A DNA stretch of 40,315 nt from Nitrososphaeraceae archaeon. Lineage in GTDB: Archaea; Thermoproteota; Nitrososphaeria; Nitrososphaerales; Nitrososphaeraceae. A model generated the notes under the pieces. It had not been told where the DNA came from. It ran no database searches and saw nothing but the letters and a program-made list of their open reading frames with translations. Location: contig JBIOXM010000042.1 in the NCBI GenBank assembly GCA_044869655.1, positions 1 to 40,315 of the forward strand, in the 5' to 3' direction. Each line of letters starts with the position of its first letter. Positions within the stretch are counted from its first letter, which is position 1. This document shows positions 1 through 9,665 of the stretch, piece after piece. The position numbers and the translations under genes are program-made.

Positions 1-318
1 AATAACTTTTCCATTTAAAATGCTTAAACCTTGTAATTTTCCCTCTTCACTATTATTAAACAACATTTCCATTCCTAAACAAATGCCCAATATAGGAAAA
101 TCTTTTTCGACTAATGCATCAAAATCATTTCTATGGGGTTCTAGTGATTGAATAGCCGGATCAAAATTACCTACTCCAGGAAGAATTAATCCATCATGTT
201 TATGCATATTTTTTAAAGATTTAATTATGGAAACTTTTGTGGCTCCATTTCTTTCCAAAGAACATTTTAAACTATAAAGATTACCTGCACCATAATCAAA
301 AATTGCAATATCATTCAA
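1..318 (-). CDS. hisH: Imidazole glycerol phosphate synthase glutamine amidotransferase subunit (3' end runs off the window)
   Basis: Not in the ORF track. Hand translation from TTG at 318 gives MNDIAIFDYGAGNLYSL...LILPGVGNFD...PILGICLGMEMLF...SEEG, which carries the HisH motifs DYGxGN, LPGVG and GICLGM. It lies directly after hisB; an alternative in-frame GTG is at 324. Confidence 0.93.
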   Translation of the reverse strand, partial: MNDIAIFDYGAGNLYSLKCSLERNGATKVSIIKSLKNMHKHDGLILPGVGNFDPAIQSLEPHRNDFDALVEKDFPILGICLGMEMLFNNSEEGKLQGLSILNGKVI

Positions 319-320
319 TA

Positions 321-938
321 TCACATTACTCCTTTTGTACTTGGAATCCCATCTCTTTGATAATCTATACCTGAAGCCATTCTAAACGCTATTGCAAATG
401 ACTTCATTGCTGCCTCTATTTTATGGTGGTCATTTTCGCCATATTGTATATTAATATGAATACATGCATTAAGATTTTGTAATAAACTTTCTATAAAATG
501 TTCCAAATCCTCTTTTGCAATTCCTTCTATTTCATCTCTAATTAATCCTAAATTTATTTTATGAAATTGTCTTTTAATTAGATCAATTGCTGATATAGCC
601 ATTACTTCATCCATTGGAATTATTGCATATCCATATCTTCTAATTTGTGTTCTAGTTGATAAGGCATCATTGAGAGTCTGAGAGAGGGTTATAGCTACAT
701 CTTCAATTAAATGATGAGAAATACTATCATTTGATTTTGCCTCTAGATAAATATCTATCATACTATGTTTTCCAAATGTTGAGATTAAATGATCTATAAA
801 TGGAATTCCAGTTTTAATTTCTACATTCCCAGAGCCATCAATATTAACACTCACACTTACATCGGTCTCTTTTGTACATCTATCTTTAACTGATATTCTT
901 TTATGAGATTTATCCAAGTCAAGAGGTTCCGAATTCAA
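321..938 (-). CDS. hisB: Imidazoleglycerol-phosphate dehydratase
   Basis: Motifs TKET, TGIPFIDHL, HHLIED, IPMDE, NDHHKIEA and the C-terminal IPSTKG; his operon context. Confidence 0.97.
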   Translation of the reverse strand: MNSEPLDLDKSHKRISVKDRCTKETDVSVSVNIDGSGNVEIKTGIPFIDHLISTFGKHSMIDIYLEAKSNDSISHHLIEDVAITLSQTLNDALSTRTQIRRYGYAIIPMDEVMAISAIDLIKRQFHKINLGLIRDEIEGIAKEDLEHFIESLLQNLNACIHINIQYGENDHHKIEAAMKSFAIAFRMASGIDYQRDGIPSTKGVM

Positions 939-951
939 TTAAGAATATTCC

Positions 952-1989
952 TTATGATACTTTATTTAATATATATGGTAAATCATTTACACTTTTAATT
1001 ATTATATCTGCTTTTTTCTCCATAAACTTATTAATTAACTCATATGTATTACTACTACAACCATATACTCCACAAAAAATAATATTAGTTTTGGTTTTGT
1101 TAGGGTTTGTTTGATTTAATTCTTCTTCTGCTCTTCTAGCCATTATTAGATCTTCAACAGAGTCTCCACAATAGAGAATATTATTTCTTATTTTAATTTT
1201 ATTTATTATTTTTTTTAATCCATATGGATTTGGTTTAGCGAATTTTCTGTTCTCATCCTCTAGAAATATGCTATTCTTCTCGTTTAACAAATCAAATTTA
1301 TTATCTAGAGCATAAGCTGCTGCAATCTTACTTCTTCCCGAAACCATTGCAATTTTATCGTTAAATCTTTCTATTAATTTTCTAACTGTATTATCTGTAA
1401 TCACTATTCTATCATTTTCTATGAGCGGTTTGCCAAAATAATATTTAGATTTAATTTTATATCTTTCTAAAAATAATTCTTGTCCATAAAAAAATTCGTC
1501 AAATACCGTAGAAACTATACTGTCTCTAACTTTTCCAGGATAGTTCAAATAACTACGAATTTTATCAATATTTATCAAATAATCAGAAGGAGATATTTTA
1601 TTAACTCTTAATTTTTCAAGATATCTCTCAACAGATTCTATGCCAGTCTCATCAGCATGTTCTGCTACCTTCATCAGAAATTTTTCAAGATTGGCATTTC
1701 CAAGGTCTTGATGTGATAATAGTGCTAAACTAATTGCATAGCTTGTATCAGCATCATTGTTGAAACCTCCAGTCTGTCTAAATTTCAAAATGATCTTATC
1801 TGTAACTAAACTTTTCAAATCTCTTTGAATGAGATTTTTGACTACAAATTGGACTGTATTTTTTATTGCCTCATTATAAGATTTTTTTACATCAATTAAA
1901 ACTCCATCAATATCAAAAATAATATAGTCAATATGGAAACATCTTCTCATTTTAAAAATAAAACTATTATTATTTAATTTATAATACAT
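952..1989 (-). CDS. HAD-superfamily hydrolase (TIGR01548-like), candidate histidinol-phosphate phosphatase
   Basis: Motif I FDIDGVLID, GGFNND, SGRS, KPNP and GDSVED. It sits between hisC and hisB. The true start may be the downstream Met (MRRCF). Confidence 0.85.
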   Translation of the reverse strand: MYYKLNNNSFIFKMRRCFHIDYIIFDIDGVLIDVKKSYNEAIKNTVQFVVKNLIQRDLKSLVTDKIILKFRQTGGFNNDADTSYAISLALLSHQDLGNANLEKFLMKVAEHADETGIESVERYLEKLRVNKISPSDYLINIDKIRSYLNYPGKVRDSIVSTVFDEFFYGQELFLERYKIKSKYYFGKPLIENDRIVITDNTVRKLIERFNDKIAMVSGRSKIAAAYALDNKFDLLNEKNSIFLEDENRKFAKPNPYGLKKIINKIKIRNNILYCGDSVEDLIMARRAEEELNQTNPNKTKTNIIFCGVYGCSSNTYELINKFMEKKADIIIKSVNDLPYILNKVS

Positions 1990-3062
1990 TATATTGCCTT
2001 ATCTAAGGATCTTAAAAATTTATTATTCATCATTCTTGTTCCAATAGTTACTCTAATATGACCTCCTTTTCTATCTTTTATCCTTCCTATTGTTTTAACT
2101 GCAATATTATCTTTTTTTAATTGGGCTAAAACATACTCATATTTATTCATATCAGATATCTGAAAAAAAATGAAATTAGACTCAGTCTGAAAAACTTTTA
2201 TTTCATCATTAATTTCTTTTAACGAATCTAATATTCTTTTACGTTCATTTTTTATAATTTTAATAGTTTTCTCAATATATTTTGAATTCTTTAATATTTC
2301 ACTTCCTATATTCAAAGAAATATTATTTATTGCATAAGGATACTGTATAATAGTTTTAAATGTATGTGCAAAATCTTCATTAGCAATACAATAGCCCAAT
2401 CTTGCTCCTGCTAATCCAAATGCTTTTGATAATGTTCTTAATAGTATTATATTCTGACTTTTTATTGTTTCATAACAAAATGAATAACTAGCAAACTCTA
2501 CATAGGCTTCATCTATAATTATTAATTTATCATCAAAATTTTTAATTAACTCAATTAATAATTCTTTATCAAATTGATTACCTGTAGGATTATTAGGTGA
2601 ACAGATGTATATTATTTCTGATTTTTTTGCACTTTGAATAAACTTTTTGTTATCAATTGAATTATCTTGTAAAAGAGGTACTTTGTCTACTTTTAAGGAA
2701 TATAATAAACATCTATCAATAAAATAAGAAAACGTAGGAGTAAAGGTAGTTACTCTTTTTTCTTTTCCAAAGACTGAAAGGATTAAATCTATTATTTGAT
2801 CAGAGCCATTTCCAATAGCTATATATTTTTTATCTATTTTAGTATATTTTGAAAGCTGTAAATAAAAATTATCAACTTGTTGTAATGGATATTCTCTTAA
2901 ATCCTCTCTTTCTGCAGCTTTGACAGCTATTTTTTTGATAAAATCTTTTTTTAAAGCAAGATTTTCATTTGCATCTAGTTTTAATCCTTTATATTTTTCC
3001 GGTTTTTTGTAATAATCTAGTTTTCCTAATTGACTTAATTTTGATTCAAACCATTTATCCAT
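1989..3062 (-). CDS. hisC: Histidinol-phosphate aminotransferase
   Basis: KLDANEN, GNGSDQ, SPNNPTG, DEAYVEF and the PLP-lysine motif RTLSKAFGLAGARLG. Confidence 0.96.
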   Translation of the reverse strand: MDKWFESKLSQLGKLDYYKKPEKYKGLKLDANENLALKKDFIKKIAVKAAEREDLREYPLQQVDNFYLQLSKYTKIDKKYIAIGNGSDQIIDLILSVFGKEKRVTTFTPTFSYFIDRCLLYSLKVDKVPLLQDNSIDNKKFIQSAKKSEIIYICSPNNPTGNQFDKELLIELIKNFDDKLIIIDEAYVEFASYSFCYETIKSQNIILLRTLSKAFGLAGARLGYCIANEDFAHTFKTIIQYPYAINNISLNIGSEILKNSKYIEKTIKIIKNERKRILDSLKEINDEIKVFQTESNFIFFQISDMNKYEYVLAQLKKDNIAVKTIGRIKDRKGGHIRVTIGTRMMNNKFLRSLDKAI

Positions 3063-3079
3063 ACTTTATTTCTCATCAT

Positions 3080-4390
3080 CTATTTTTGATTTGGACGATC
3101 TATCACTCTTTCTTTAACTGCTTTATAATGATTAATCAATCCTTCTTCTTCAGTTATTATCTTGACGTAAGGCTCAATTTCCTCAAGCTCCTTTTTTGAA
3201 GATTTAACTATATTTGAAATACGGACAAAATCTAATATTGATAAAGATGTTCTTGATTTACCAAATCCCATTGTAGGAAGAACATGATTTGAGCCTAAAC
3301 AATAGTCACTAGCTGCAGATGGAGTATTTTCACCAATTAAAGTAAGTCCTGCAGATGTAATTTTTTTAACCATTTTTAATTCATTTTGAGCCATAATCTG
3401 TAAATGTTCAGGAGCTATTTCATTAATAAATTCTATTGCTAAATTTTCATTTTCTGTTATAGCAATAAATCCATTTTCTTTTAAACTATTTGTAACTATT
3501 TCCTGACGTGAAATCTTATTTTCTAAAATATTATTAATTTCACCTTCAACTGTATTTGCAAATTTAGAAGAATTAGTTACTAATCCACATAACGTATCTT
3601 TGCTGTGTTCTGATTGAGAAATCAAATCTAAAGCAACATATTTGGCATTGGATTTATCATCTGCATAAATTACTAATTCCGTAGGACCTGCTAACATATC
3701 AATTGATACTATGTTTGAAACTAATAATTTTGCAATTGTTACAAACATTCCTCCTGGACCTACAATCTTGTCCACTTTCTTGATACTCTCAGTTCCAAAC
3801 GCTAATCCTGCAATACCTTGTGCTCCTCCAATTTTGTATATTTCATTAACTCCACAAATATCAGCAGAAACTAACGTAAGGGGATCTATTTTTCCATTTA
3901 TCTTAGTTGGTGTTATTGCTACTATTCTTTTAACTCCTGCTAATTTTGCTGGGGTTACACACATTATTAGTGTACTAGGATATCTTGCCAATCCACCAGG
4001 AACATAACAACCTACGCTAGAAATAGGTTGGATTATTCGTTGTATATTTTCATTTTGTATATATAACGATGATATTTTTTTAAGGTGTTCTAAAAGAATA
4101 GTTTCATTTCTTATCAATCGATTTCTAATAAGGTTAATAGTTTTAATATGCTCATCAGAAATACAATTGTATGCTTCTTCTATTTCTTCCCTGTTGACTT
4201 GTAATGAATCTAGTTCTATTTTATCGTATGCAGAAGTATATCTCTTTATAGCATCATCACCAAAATTTCGAACGTTTTCTATAATCTCCGAAGTTTTTTT
4301 AATTGCATCTTCAGAAAAATTACTCGATATTCTATAACGTATACTTTCTACATCTAATTTGGCATTTTTAATTTTTATTCTATGAATCAA
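3080..4390 (-). CDS. hisD: Histidinol dehydrogenase
   Basis: GCYVPGG, YPSTLIM, GGAQGI, IVGPG, DMLAGPTE, SQSEH, APEHL and GSNHVLPT. Confidence 0.97.
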   Translation of the reverse strand: MIHRIKIKNAKLDVESIRYRISSNFSEDAIKKTSEIIENVRNFGDDAIKRYTSAYDKIELDSLQVNREEIEEAYNCISDEHIKTINLIRNRLIRNETILLEHLKKISSLYIQNENIQRIIQPISSVGCYVPGGLARYPSTLIMCVTPAKLAGVKRIVAITPTKINGKIDPLTLVSADICGVNEIYKIGGAQGIAGLAFGTESIKKVDKIVGPGGMFVTIAKLLVSNIVSIDMLAGPTELVIYADDKSNAKYVALDLISQSEHSKDTLCGLVTNSSKFANTVEGEINNILENKISRQEIVTNSLKENGFIAITENENLAIEFINEIAPEHLQIMAQNELKMVKKITSAGLTLIGENTPSAASDYCLGSNHVLPTMGFGKSRTSLSILDFVRISNIVKSSKKELEEIEPYVKIITEEEGLINHYKAVKERVIDRPNQK

Positions 4391-5374
4391 TTATTCTTCT
4401 TCTTTATCTATGTTGATCTCTTCTAATGGTAATATTTGTCTTGGTTCTGATACAACTAAACCTTGTGCTAATTTTCTCATAGTTGGAACCATTTTTATAA
4501 ATTCATTCTTATCAATTATGGTATTCACTCCATACCATCCTTCTTCGCTTAAATTGCTAACTGTAGGTCTCTTTAATGCTGGTAAAGTAGAAAGTAATTC
4601 GTCTAAATTTTCTTTTCTAACATTAACAAAAACATGCAGTTTTTTACGTGCTTCTACTACCCCTCTTAATAATGCAATCATATCTGCTATCTTCTCTCTC
4701 TTTTTATTATCTTTAAGAGAATTTTTATTTGCAATTAGAACAGAAGTAGATTCCATAATGGTATCTATAATTTTTAAATTGTTCTGAGCTAAAGTTGTTC
4801 CAGTTTCAGTAATATCACATATTGCATCTACATCTTCTGGTGGTTTAGCTTCTGTAGCCCCAAAAGAGAGAAATATTTGAACATTCTTATTTTCACCAAC
4901 TCTAAGCCAAGGGGTAATAATCATAGGATTGCTATTTCCAAAATATTTCTGGTAGGCAATTTTAGATTTTATATAATGAGCTGTAGTCGTAAGATATTCT
5001 GCAGATATTCTAAGTGGTTTTTCTCTTCTTACATGATCTATAATCATTTCATCCAAATTATTAAATTGAAAACTTTCTGGTATAGCTATTACTTGTTTAA
5101 CTCTACCATATTCTAAGTCAAGTAATATTTTCACATCTGCATTTGCTTCTCTAATCCAATCTCTCCCTGTAATTCCGACATCATATAATCCTTCTTGTAC
5201 GTACGTAGGAATTTCCTGGGGTCTCAGAAGTTTAACTTCTATTTCTGGATCACTTAACTTAATTCTATATGTTCGTGCTCTACCGCTTATTTTTTGCCAT
5301 GCTTCTTCAAGAATCTTTAAAGTTGCTTCTTCAATGGTTCCCTTAGGTACAACGAATTTTACTATGTGAGCCAT
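4391..5374 (-). CDS. hisG: ATP phosphoribosyltransferase (long form)
   Basis: VPKG, RPQEIP, DVGITGRD, GATE and DITETGTTL, plus a C-terminal regulatory domain (LPALKRPTVS). Confidence 0.97.
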   Translation of the reverse strand: MAHIVKFVVPKGTIEEATLKILEEAWQKISGRARTYRIKLSDPEIEVKLLRPQEIPTYVQEGLYDVGITGRDWIREANADVKILLDLEYGRVKQVIAIPESFQFNNLDEMIIDHVRREKPLRISAEYLTTTAHYIKSKIAYQKYFGNSNPMIITPWLRVGENKNVQIFLSFGATEAKPPEDVDAICDITETGTTLAQNNLKIIDTIMESTSVLIANKNSLKDNKKREKIADMIALLRGVVEARKKLHVFVNVRKENLDELLSTLPALKRPTVSNLSEEGWYGVNTIIDKNEFIKMVPTMRKLAQGLVVSEPRQILPLEEINIDKEEE

Positions 5375-5423
5375 AACTATAACAAAAAAATTTTCGTTTC
5401 ATCAGATATATATCTACTTTGTA

Positions 5424-6752
5424 TCAATTTTCATTTTTATTGATTAATTCGATAATTTCTTCGGCCTTATTTACAGTAACATTATTTTCTTGTACAAGTC
5501 TGCTTGCAACGAGATTGATTTGTTCATCGGTTGCTCCTGCCGTAATGGCTATATTTCGAGCATGTAATCTCATATGTCCTTTCTGGATTCCTTCGTCCGC
5601 TAAAGCACGAATTGCAGCAAAATTTTGAGCTAAACCTACCGCTACCATTATTAAAGAAAGTTCCTTGGCTTTTTTTATATTTAATATTTTCAAAGCTACT
5701 TTCACATAAGGATGTACTGAGCTTATTCCTCCGACAATTCCTATAGCCAATGGAATCTCAATTTCTCCCACTAAATCTCCTTCTTTTGATCTATACCATT
5801 TAGTCAAAGATCTATATTTTCCATCATTAGAAGCATATGCATGTGCAGCTGCTTCTATAGCTCTAATATCTTGCCCTGTAGCCATCGCTACTCCATCAAT
5901 TCCATTCATCAAACCTTTGTTATGTGTAACAGCCCTGTATATGTCAGAATATGCAAATGCATATGCATATAAGATTCTATTCACACCAATCGAGCCACCA
6001 ATCAATTCTTTTGGAAAAATAGCTTTACATCTAGCCATTCTTTTTGTTGAATAATTCGAAAGAATTTTTAAAATAACTGTACATTTAATTATTTTTTCTA
6101 ATTCTGAACCAACTAATTCACACATTGTATTAATTACATTTGCTCCCATTGCATCTCTTGTATCTATAATTAACTCGATTATTATCATGTAACCCATTTT
6201 GTTGTTGCTTTCATCAAACATTTCCCTTAATTGTAAATCAATAGCATGTACTGATCTACTTTTTGAATTTGCTATTTCCAATAACTTTTCTTTATTATTC
6301 AATATTATTTTTTTAATTTTATCCCTTTCTTTCTTGTTAGAAAATTTGTCTTTATTATTCCTTTTATCTCGTGAAACTAATTGGATTTGTCCGATCATGA
6401 TAGAATTATCTGCTTCAGCTAAAAATCCTCCTTTTATACTTGCAATTTTGGCAGCTTTACTTGCAGCAGCGATAACAGATGGTTCTTCTATCGCCATTGG
6501 AATTAAATATTTTCTTCCGTTTATAACAAAATTAGTAGCAATTCCTAATGGGATGGGTACAAATCCGATTGCATTTTCAATCATATTATTAATTTTCTTA
6601 AAAGTAAAATTTTTTGGAAAGTCCTCCAAGATTTCTGAATCTTCTTCAGTTATGTGAGCTTCTTTTTTTAAATATTGCAAACGTTCCTGATGATCTAACT
6701 CATAAAATTTTTTGATATTTTTGTTATTTTCCTTATTATTAATTTTGTCCAC
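5424..6752 (-). CDS. hmgA: Hydroxymethylglutaryl-CoA reductase, class II (MvaA type)
   Basis: MIENAIG, PMAIEEPSVIAA, DAMGANVIN, THNKGLMNG, GQDIRAIEA and GIQKGHMRLH; GTG start. Confidence 0.95.
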   Translation of the reverse strand: MDKINNKENNKNIKKFYELDHQERLQYLKKEAHITEEDSEILEDFPKNFTFKKINNMIENAIGFVPIPLGIATNFVINGRKYLIPMAIEEPSVIAAASKAAKIASIKGGFLAEADNSIMIGQIQLVSRDKRNNKDKFSNKKERDKIKKIILNNKEKLLEIANSKSRSVHAIDLQLREMFDESNNKMGYMIIIELIIDTRDAMGANVINTMCELVGSELEKIIKCTVILKILSNYSTKRMARCKAIFPKELIGGSIGVNRILYAYAFAYSDIYRAVTHNKGLMNGIDGVAMATGQDIRAIEAAAHAYASNDGKYRSLTKWYRSKEGDLVGEIEIPLAIGIVGGISSVHPYVKVALKILNIKKAKELSLIMVAVGLAQNFAAIRALADEGIQKGHMRLHARNIAITAGATDEQINLVASRLVQENNVTVNKAEEIIELINKNEN

Positions 6753-6758
6753 AAGAGT

Positions 6759-7898
6759 TTATGGTTTAAGTATTTTTAAAATTTTATCATCGTTAGATTG
6801 GATTATCCCTCTTCCATCTGTATTGCTAGTCAGAACGTATAGCGTACCGTCATTAGATTCAATGATATCTCTGAGTCGACCATAGCCTACTAATATATTA
6901 TTTTGTTCTCCTGTTTCTACGTCTATTTGTCTTAAATGAGAACCCTTAAGAGTAGTTAAGATTAGATCATTTTGATAACCTAGTTTATTTGATGAAGCAA
7001 ACGTCATACCAGAAGGTGCCACTGCAGGATTAAAACAAATAATAGCCTTCTGAGAAATATTTGATCCTCTGCATTCTACGTCTGGCCATCCATAGTTCTT
7101 TCCTGAAATAATCAAATTAATTTCATCAAATCCTGATGCACCATGTTCTGATGAATACATCTGTTTTGTTTTGGGATGCCATGCAATTCCTTGAATATTT
7201 CTATGTCCATAGGAATAAATAGATGAATCTTTAAACGGATTATCAGATGGAATAGATCCATCCGGATTTATGCGTAAGATTTTACCTGCAAGTGAAGATA
7301 GATTTTGTGCTAAAAGGGGATCAGAAGCATCACCAGTTGCAATATATAACTTATAATCAGGGCCAAACTTTATTCTTCCTCCATTGTTATATGGTGATCC
7401 AGGAATAGAATCAATTATGATCTTTGATTCAATAATTTTGTTATCTTTTTCTTTTAAAAGTAAAACTTTATTATAAAGTTCATTATCTTTCATATAGCTA
7501 TGATAAACGTACATTAAATGATTTTCTGTAAAGTTAGGATGAAGAGCAATTCCTAATAATCCTGAACCACCATTTTGTGCAACTCTGATATAAGCTACGG
7601 GTTCATCAAGAAGGATTCCTTTTTCATCAATTACTCTGATCTTTCCATCACGTTCAGTAAAAAAGATTCTATTATCTTTTGCAATATCTATAGCCCAAGG
7701 TGTTGAGAGATTTTCTGCAATGATCTCGATACCTTTATTCTGATTTGTTGTATTACTCAAGAATGAGGGCTCTGGAATAGGAATAGTAGTATCTAACGGA
7801 GACATAAAAATTGAAAATATTGCACTTATAACGGCCAATATAGCCATTACTACTACTATCCCTACTCTTTTGTACATTAATGCGAGTTTGATTATCAA
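6759..7898 (-). CDS. PQQ-dependent sugar dehydrogenase (glucose/sorbosone dehydrogenase, Asd/YliI family) with N-terminal membrane anchor
   Basis: PWAI, FFTERDG, GLLGIALHP, GGRIKFGPD, GKILRIN, YGHRNIQG, NYGWP and GRLRD; hydrophobic N-terminus. Confidence 0.9.
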   Translation of the reverse strand: MIIKLALMYKRVGIVVVMAILAVISAIFSIFMSPLDTTIPIPEPSFLSNTTNQNKGIEIIAENLSTPWAIDIAKDNRIFFTERDGKIRVIDEKGILLDEPVAYIRVAQNGGSGLLGIALHPNFTENHLMYVYHSYMKDNELYNKVLLLKEKDNKIIESKIIIDSIPGSPYNNGGRIKFGPDYKLYIATGDASDPLLAQNLSSLAGKILRINPDGSIPSDNPFKDSSIYSYGHRNIQGIAWHPKTKQMYSSEHGASGFDEINLIISGKNYGWPDVECRGSNISQKAIICFNPAVAPSGMTFASSNKLGYQNDLILTTLKGSHLRQIDVETGEQNNILVGYGRLRDIIESNDGTLYVLTSNTDGRGIIQSNDDKILKILKP

Positions 7899-7958
7899 AG
7901 TCTAATAAAATTTTATACCTAGTCTTAAATTGATTCAATAATCTTTTTAAAACATAAA

Positions 7959-8080
7959 CGCAGATGAGGAGATTCGAACTCCTGATCGCCCGAAGGCGAA
8001 TCGGCTTGCTTTAACCTTGAAGATTCTCAAGGCCGACGCATTATTGTGTTCTGTAAAGAAGACCACTCTGCCACATCTGC
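7959..8080 (-). tRNA. tRNA-Ser (anticodon TGA) with two introns: D-loop (about 8043-8061) and canonical 37/38 (about 8007-8025)
   Basis: Reverse complement folds with acceptor GCAGATG/CATCTGC+G, anticodon stem TCGGC/GCCGA with CT-TGA-G|A, long variable arm TCGCC-TTCG-GGCGA and T arm AGGAG-TTCGAAT-CTCCT. Removing two 19-nt inserts gives an 84-nt tRNA. Confidence 0.9.
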
Positions 8081-8425
8081 ACAAAGATAAGTCAAATAGC
8101 CTATTATTATATTTTAATAATATTTATAGTTAGTATCCAAAACAGTAAGTTTACCAAATTCAAAAAATATTTTTAAAAGAATTTAGTATGATAAAGCAAT
8201 TGTTTTCTATAGGGAACATTTTTCCTACAATTTAGTTTTAATTGATATATTTTAAATATTATAAATTTAATGAGATCTTTTAAAATAGTTTACTAGTAAT
8301 AAAAAATTTTGTCAATGCAAAATTTTTAATGTGTATAACGATACATAACAATGGTAAATAATTTGGTGATTAATTTTATCAAAAAACACTTATTTAATAT
8401 CCTTATTCACATAAAATAGTTAAAA

Positions 8426-9559
8426 ATGATTCCCATTAACAGACCTTGGATAGATAATGAGGAGAAACAAGAAATTATTAAAGTCATTGATGAAAACGCT
8501 CTTACGAGTGCTGCAAGAGATGGCGGTAAAAGAGTTCAAGACTTTGAATCATCTCTACGAGAATTTTTAAATGTTAAACATGCCATCTCAGTTAATTCTG
8601 GTACAGCAGCTTTACATGCAGCATTACTTGCACTAGATATTAAGACTAACGATGAAGTATTACTTCCCTCTTTTACATTTGTAGCAACTGCCAATGCAGT
8701 GGTTGCATCTGGCGCCAAACCTGTTTTCGTAGATATTAATACTAAAGACTATACTATCGACCTTCAAGATCTAAAGAAAAAAATATCTAGAAAAAGTAAA
8801 GCTATAATACCTGTTCATCTTTATGGTCATCCTGCAGATCTAATTGAACTAAATGAAATTGCAAACCAGCATTCCATTTACATTATTGAAGACGCTTGTC
8901 AATCACTAGGATCAACTTATAAAAATAAACAAACAGGGACTTTTGGAACAATGGGATGTTTTAGTATGTATGCTAGCAAAGTGTTAACAGCTGGTGAAGG
9001 TGGAGCTATTGTAACAAACGAAGATAAATTAGCAGACACATTAAAGATGATTAGAAATCATGGTATGGTTGAAGGATATGATACACGACTTTTAGGGCTT
9101 AACTATAGACTTCCTGAATTAAGTGCTGCAATAGCTAAAATACAAATGAAAAAATTAAAAACAATTTTAGATCTTAGAAGAAGAAATTCCTCATTATTAT
9201 CTAATTTGCTAGAAACAATTATTGAAAAGTATAATATTCAAATTCCACAAGAGGATCAAATAAAGAAATTTAATTGGTATCTATATACGTTAGCATTTAA
9301 CGGTTCTGGTGACGTAACTCTGCGAGATCACATCAAGAAAAAACTGATAGAAAATGGAATAGGAGTAGCTGTATATTATGATCCTCCTGTTCATAAAACA
9401 CCTTTTTACCAGAAATTTTCTTTGAATGGTGGTGATTTACCAAATACCAATTGGTCAAGTGAACATGTTTTATCGTTTCCAGTTCATCCAGGGGTGTCCG
9501 AAATGGATATACAAAACATAGTAAATGTGCTCGAGAAAGAATTACAAAATATTGTATAA
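8426..9559 (+). CDS. DegT/DnrJ/EryC1/StrS family PLP-dependent aminotransferase
   Basis: NSGTAALH, PSFTFVATAN, IPVHLYG, IEDACQSLG and SMYASKVLTAGEGG. Confidence 0.95.
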   Translation: MIPINRPWIDNEEKQEIIKVIDENALTSAARDGGKRVQDFESSLREFLNVKHAISVNSGTAALHAALLALDIKTNDEVLLPSFTFVATANAVVASGAKPVFVDINTKDYTIDLQDLKKKISRKSKAIIPVHLYGHPADLIELNEIANQHSIYIIEDACQSLGSTYKNKQTGTFGTMGCFSMYASKVLTAGEGGAIVTNEDKLADTLKMIRNHGMVEGYDTRLLGLNYRLPELSAAIAKIQMKKLKTILDLRRRNSSLLSNLLETIIEKYNIQIPQEDQIKKFNWYLYTLAFNGSGDVTLRDHIKKKLIENGIGVAVYYDPPVHKTPFYQKFSLNGGDLPNTNWSSEHVLSFPVHPGVSEMDIQNIVNVLEKELQNIV

Positions 9560-9620
9560 TTAATTAAAAGATTTATAATTATTTTTAAATATTTCTTTTA
9601 AATTAATTTATTATTAGTTT

Positions 9621-9640
9621 AGGACAAACTTTTTTATAAT
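9621..9640 (+). promoter_or_regulatory. Probable BRE/TATA promoter of amt
   Basis: aggacaaac-tttttataat lies about 26-36 bp before the ATG; this is typical archaeal spacing but the background is AT-rich. Confidence 0.45.
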
Positions 9641-9665
9641 ACTATGTAGTGACTTAGCAACAGGA

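Noticed and set aside
2969-6657. Plus-strand ORFs opposite the his and hmgA genes (2969, 3711, 4410, 4877, 5419, 6199)
   Set aside because: Antisense shadows of well-conserved genes; no motifs.
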